From: Candidatus Latescibacterota bacterium
GTDB lineage: Bacteria > Latescibacterota > UBA2968 > UBA8231
Direction of reading: 5' to 3'
NCBI GenBank assembly: GCA_965206595.1
Contig: OZ242214.1
Location: 1,344,001-1,408,000, forward strand
DNA: 64,000 nucleotides
Both the position numbers and the translations under genes were made by a program. Positions 60,594-64,000 of the stretch are shown here, in pieces; the stretch's first letter is position 1, and every line of letters starts with the position of its first letter. Under the pieces are notes generated by a model. The model was given only the letters and a program-made list of their open reading frames with translations, was not told the origin of the DNA and made no database searches.

Positions 60594-61535
60594 ATGGAGC
60601 TCGTGAGATATCCAGACAGCCGCATCGAAGTGCTCGACGACCGCTTCGCCCGCTACAAGCTAGCCAACGCCGCCCTCGAGATGCTGTGGACCGGGGGACG
60701 CTGGCTCGAGGGGCCGGTCTGGTTCGGCGACGGTCGCTACCTGCTGTTCAGCGACATCCCCAACGACCGCATCCTCAAGTGGGAGGAGGAGACCGGGGAG
60801 GTGTCCGTTTTCCGCAAGCCCTCCAACAACAGCAACGGCAACACCCGGGACCGTCAGGGCCGCCTGGTCAGCTGCGAGCACCGCACCCGCCGGGTCACCC
60901 GCACCGGGCACGACGGCACGATCACCGTGCTCATGGACCGCTTCGAGGGGCGGCGGCTGAACGCACCGAACGATATCGTGGTCAAGTCGGATGGATCGAT
61001 CTGGTTCACCGACCCGGGGTACGGCATCCTGATGGATTACGAGGGAGGCCGGGCCCCCTTCGAGAACGCCGCCAACGTCTACCGCCTCGACCAGGAAACC
61101 GGAGAGGCGACGGTGGCTGCAGGGGACTTCCGCCGCCCGAACGGCATCTGCTTCAGCCCCGACGAGTCGCTGCTCTACATCGTCGACACCGGGCGCTCCG
61201 ACGGCCCCGAGCACCCGACCCACATCCGCGTCTTCGACGTCGAGGGGGAGCGCCTTGCCAACGGCCGCGTCTTCGCCGACATGGAGCCGGGCGCCTCGGA
61301 CGGCATCCGCACGGACCTGGACGGCAACCTGTGGTCGGGGGCCTGTTGGGGGGGAGAGGGGTACGACGGCGTCCACTGCTTCGCCCCCGACGGCGCCCTG
61401 ATCGGCAAGGTCCACCTGCCGGCTCCCTGCTCAAACCTCTGCTTCGGCGGCCGCAGGAAGAACCGGCTGTTCATGACCTGCTCGCAGTCGCTGTTCTCCG
61501 TCTACCTCGAGACGAACGGAGCGCAGACTCCGTAG
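60594..61535 (+). CDS. SMP-30/gluconolactonase family protein
   Basis: EGPVW, FSDIPN, SNGNTRD, LNAPND, PNGICFSPDE, SDGIRTD. Confidence 0.92.
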   Translation: MELVRYPDSRIEVLDDRFARYKLANAALEMLWTGGRWLEGPVWFGDGRYLLFSDIPNDRILKWEEETGEVSVFRKPSNNSNGNTRDRQGRLVSCEHRTRRVTRTGHDGTITVLMDRFEGRRLNAPNDIVVKSDGSIWFTDPGYGILMDYEGGRAPFENAANVYRLDQETGEATVAAGDFRRPNGICFSPDESLLYIVDTGRSDGPEHPTHIRVFDVEGERLANGRVFADMEPGASDGIRTDLDGNLWSGACWGGEGYDGVHCFAPDGALIGKVHLPAPCSNLCFGGRRKNRLFMTCSQSLFSVYLETNGAQTP

Positions 61536-61594
61536 CTCTCCGCCCGGATCCGGGCTCCCCGGTCAACCTGGGACAGCCGCCGGGCGAGGAGGGC

Positions 61595-63028
61595 TCACTC
61601 GATCCAGAAGGAATACAGGCTCGCCCGGTGCAGGTAGAACTTCAGCTGCACCGGTTTTTCGAACACGAGGTCGTGCGGATTCTTCCAGGCGACCCTGGCG
61701 CGGGTCGAGTCGCCGGTGAACGGAGGCGGGCGCTCGGCCGGCACCCAGAAACCGGGGATCGGCCGCCCCGACTCGGCGTCGAGGATCTCGGTGTAGATCT
61801 CCCCCCAACGCGCGTCGGCGTTGATGTAGACCTCCTCCCCCTTGAGCTCGAACGGCCGCGTCGTGACGACGCCGTTGTCGCTGCCCTCGAGCGACACGAA
61901 GCCGTCGGGCCGCAGCCTGGCCAGCGACAGGGCCCCGCTGTCGGTGAAGTGGCGGGGATCGACCCCCATGCGATGCAGCTCGTCCAGCTTGTCGCGGCGC
62001 TCGTAGTTCTCCAGGGACGTACCCCACCTGAGGCCGTTGTAGTAGCACCAGATCTCGCCGTCGTCGCGGACGACCGGCTGTCCGGCCATCAGCAGCTGCC
62101 CGGTATCGTAGGTTTCCCCGTCGTATGGCTCGACCCCGAGGAAGACGGCGCGGTCGGCGACCCGCTCCCAGTGATGGAGGTCGCGGGAGACGCTGAGCTC
62201 CACCTGGTTGATGCGGTCGAAGTTGGTTGCCGGCGGAGGGTTGGCTCCGAAGGGGTTGAACAGCACCGGGAAGCCGACGTAGAGCCCCTGGTAGGGGAAG
62301 ACGGCCATGTTGTAGACCTCGGCGATGTAGTCCTCGCCGTCGACCCCGGCAGGGGTCACGTAGGCCGGATCCTCGACGATTTTGCGCACCCGCTGCCGGC
62401 AGTTCTCGTGGTCGATTTCGTCGGAGTGGAAGATCAGCTTCGGCTCGCTGAACTCCTGAAAGTCGGGGCCGCTCGTCGAAAGGAAGATCGAGCGCCCCCA
62501 TTCCGTTCCCTGCTTGACCATCGCCAGGTACTGGCCGCTGTAGGGGTCCCGGGTAAACTGCGACTCGTCGCTGCTGGGGATCGCCGGGGCGCCGGTCGGC
62601 GTCCACCGGAAGCCGTCGGGCGACAGCGCCGGCTGCCGGCCCCAGGCCGCAAGCAGACCCTTGTAGCGCCGCTGCGGATCGGGATCTGCGTCGTCCCGCA
62701 GGAGGTGGTAGGCCCGCTCGCTGCGGTCGCCGCCCGGGTCAGCGGCGAGGTTGTTCTGCCGCGACCCTTCCCACTCGAACAGGCCGAGGTCGGGCAAGTC
62801 CCAGTGCTCGCCGTCCGCGGAGGTCGCGTAGCGGAGGTGGTCGCCGAAGTACCACCACTCCCATACCTGTTTGCCGGGGTTCCACTGCGGCGAGTTGCGG
62901 CTCTGCACCCCGCCCGGTATCAGCGGGCCGCACTTCTTCGGCTGGTGCAGGCGCCGGGTTATGCGCTCGCTCGAATGGATGGCGCCGTCGTCGAGAAAGA
63001 GCTGGTGGAACCGCTTCGCCTGGAGCAT
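61595..63028 (-). CDS. Beta-propeller glycoside hydrolase-like protein (GH32/43/130-like)
   Basis: QLFLDD, YATSADGEHW, SRDLHHWER, LRPDGFVSL, ASLYSFW. Confidence 0.65.
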   Translation of the reverse strand: MLQAKRFHQLFLDDGAIHSSERITRRLHQPKKCGPLIPGGVQSRNSPQWNPGKQVWEWWYFGDHLRYATSADGEHWDLPDLGLFEWEGSRQNNLAADPGGDRSERAYHLLRDDADPDPQRRYKGLLAAWGRQPALSPDGFRWTPTGAPAIPSSDESQFTRDPYSGQYLAMVKQGTEWGRSIFLSTSGPDFQEFSEPKLIFHSDEIDHENCRQRVRKIVEDPAYVTPAGVDGEDYIAEVYNMAVFPYQGLYVGFPVLFNPFGANPPPATNFDRINQVELSVSRDLHHWERVADRAVFLGVEPYDGETYDTGQLLMAGQPVVRDDGEIWCYYNGLRWGTSLENYERRDKLDELHRMGVDPRHFTDSGALSLARLRPDGFVSLEGSDNGVVTTRPFELKGEEVYINADARWGEIYTEILDAESGRPIPGFWVPAERPPPFTGDSTRARVAWKNPHDLVFEKPVQLKFYLHRASLYSFWIE

Positions 63029-63268
63029 GGCATTCTCCTCAATGAAGGGGAGGCGGCCGTCTGGTTCACGCGGCCGCCTTGCAGGGAGCGCGGCAGGTTG
63101 TGCGCAGGTCGACGGGAGATCTTCTCAAGGCGATACCAAAGGCTGGTGTCACGGGAACGACCGGGTTCGGGAAGGGTCGAGGCCTCCCTTGACGATTCGC
63201 TTTCCGCAGCGGGAGATCGGGGCAGGAACGGAAGCCTCGAGCTCCGGGGCGGGAAATGGGCCTCCTCC

Positions 63269-63694
63269 TCAATGCGGCTCCGAACCGGTGGTCCTCTCCG
63301 GCGATGTGCAGCTCTCCGCCTTGGCCAGGGCCTCGAGCCGGGCGGCGATGCCTGCGGCCAGCCCTCCCGGTTTCACGCCGACGACCGACAGGTCGCCGCG
63401 CCCTGCTGCCGCGGTGAGACTGGAGAGATCCGCCACCCGGAAGAGCCGCGTTCCCGTCCGCCGCCGCCGTCCGAGTTCTCTCCAGGTGCCGGCGGCCAGG
63501 TCCGTAGAAGCGAACAGGCAGGCGAGCTGACGGACGCGCCGCACCGCGGACAGGCCCATCACCGTGTCCCCGGACTGGCAGCCGATGCCTATCAGGCGGG
63601 ATATCGCCGCGACCGCAGCTTCGTCGAGCAACTCGGCCTCGACGGAGGGGGCTGGCCTTTCCTTGTCCCGCTGATTTCGTTTTGAGGACCCCAC
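63269..63694 (-). CDS. L7Ae/L30e-like (YlxQ-type) RNA-binding protein
   Basis: ISRLIGIGCQSGDTVMGLSAV..ASTDLA..LTAAAGRGDLSVVGV..GLAAGI aligns by eye with the L7Ae pattern. Confidence 0.5.
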   Translation of the reverse strand: MGSSKRNQRDKERPAPSVEAELLDEAAVAAISRLIGIGCQSGDTVMGLSAVRRVRQLACLFASTDLAAGTWRELGRRRRTGTRLFRVADLSSLTAAAGRGDLSVVGVKPGGLAAGIAARLEALAKAESCTSPERTTGSEPH

Positions 63695-63856
63695 GGCCCG
63701 AACCTATCATCCACGCAAGCGCACCGCCAGGGGTGCCCCCCGCGGGTTCGAGCAGGCAAGCGGGTTCAAACTGGGACTCCACTTTCTCCCGGTAAAACGG
63801 ATCCGGACTATTCACGAAAGGGCTCTCCATGTCCGTCGATAGACCCAGCCGCCCTA

Positions 63857-64000
63857 GTGTCCTGTCGTATAATTAACTGTACAAACAATTGAAGGTGCCG
63901 TAGGTTTCTCTTATCCCCCTTCTGAAAGGAGAGACCTATGGTGACGGGGCGTCCATTACCGCCGTTAGAGCTGAGTCCGTCGGACCGGGAACGATTGGAA
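63857..64000 (+). mobile_element. IS630 second copy (left end and transposase start at 63938; partial)
   Basis: CTA|GTGTCCTGTCGTATAATTAACTGTACAAACAATTG..ATGGTGACGGGGCGTCCA; near-identical to the reverse complement of ~19140-19281. Confidence 0.93.

Noticed and set aside
1-64000. tRNA, rRNA or prophage structural genes
   Set aside because: None recognised; the recombinases have no accompanying capsid, terminase or conjugation genes.

Overview
High-GC bacterial chromosome segment. The many PhyH dioxygenases, GHL10-like and BNR glycosidases and a C-terminal TAVExSTWGxVK motif suggest a Ca. Latescibacterota/Poribacteria-like lineage (inference). The first ~21.5 kb is a mosaic accessory region. 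It holds a 1.15-kb mosaic direct repeat (2050-3200 / 9034-10185) around a 5.8-kb insert carrying an IS91/ISCR remnant, two Cre-like tyrosine recombinase genes, an ECF sigma factor and small ORFs. A second ISCR-like oriIS follows, then a lower-GC defence islet: an MGH- N-terminal protein, a truncated QueC/QatC-like gene, IS1380, and a type I R-M operon with hsdM truncated and hsdR interrupted by IS630. The remainder is mostly catabolic and transport genes. Embedded there are a UGA-recoded OsmC-like selenoprotein with a SECIS hairpin, a YefM-YoeB islet flanked by a duplicated aroK 5' end, a TetR-regulated two-permease RND system, a split Fe/B12 uptake operon, an acidic DDGMAEE-repeat lipoprotein, a divergent Amt with a small membrane partner, several frameshifted genes and a second IS630 at the window end. 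All calls come from reading motifs by eye; no searches were run.
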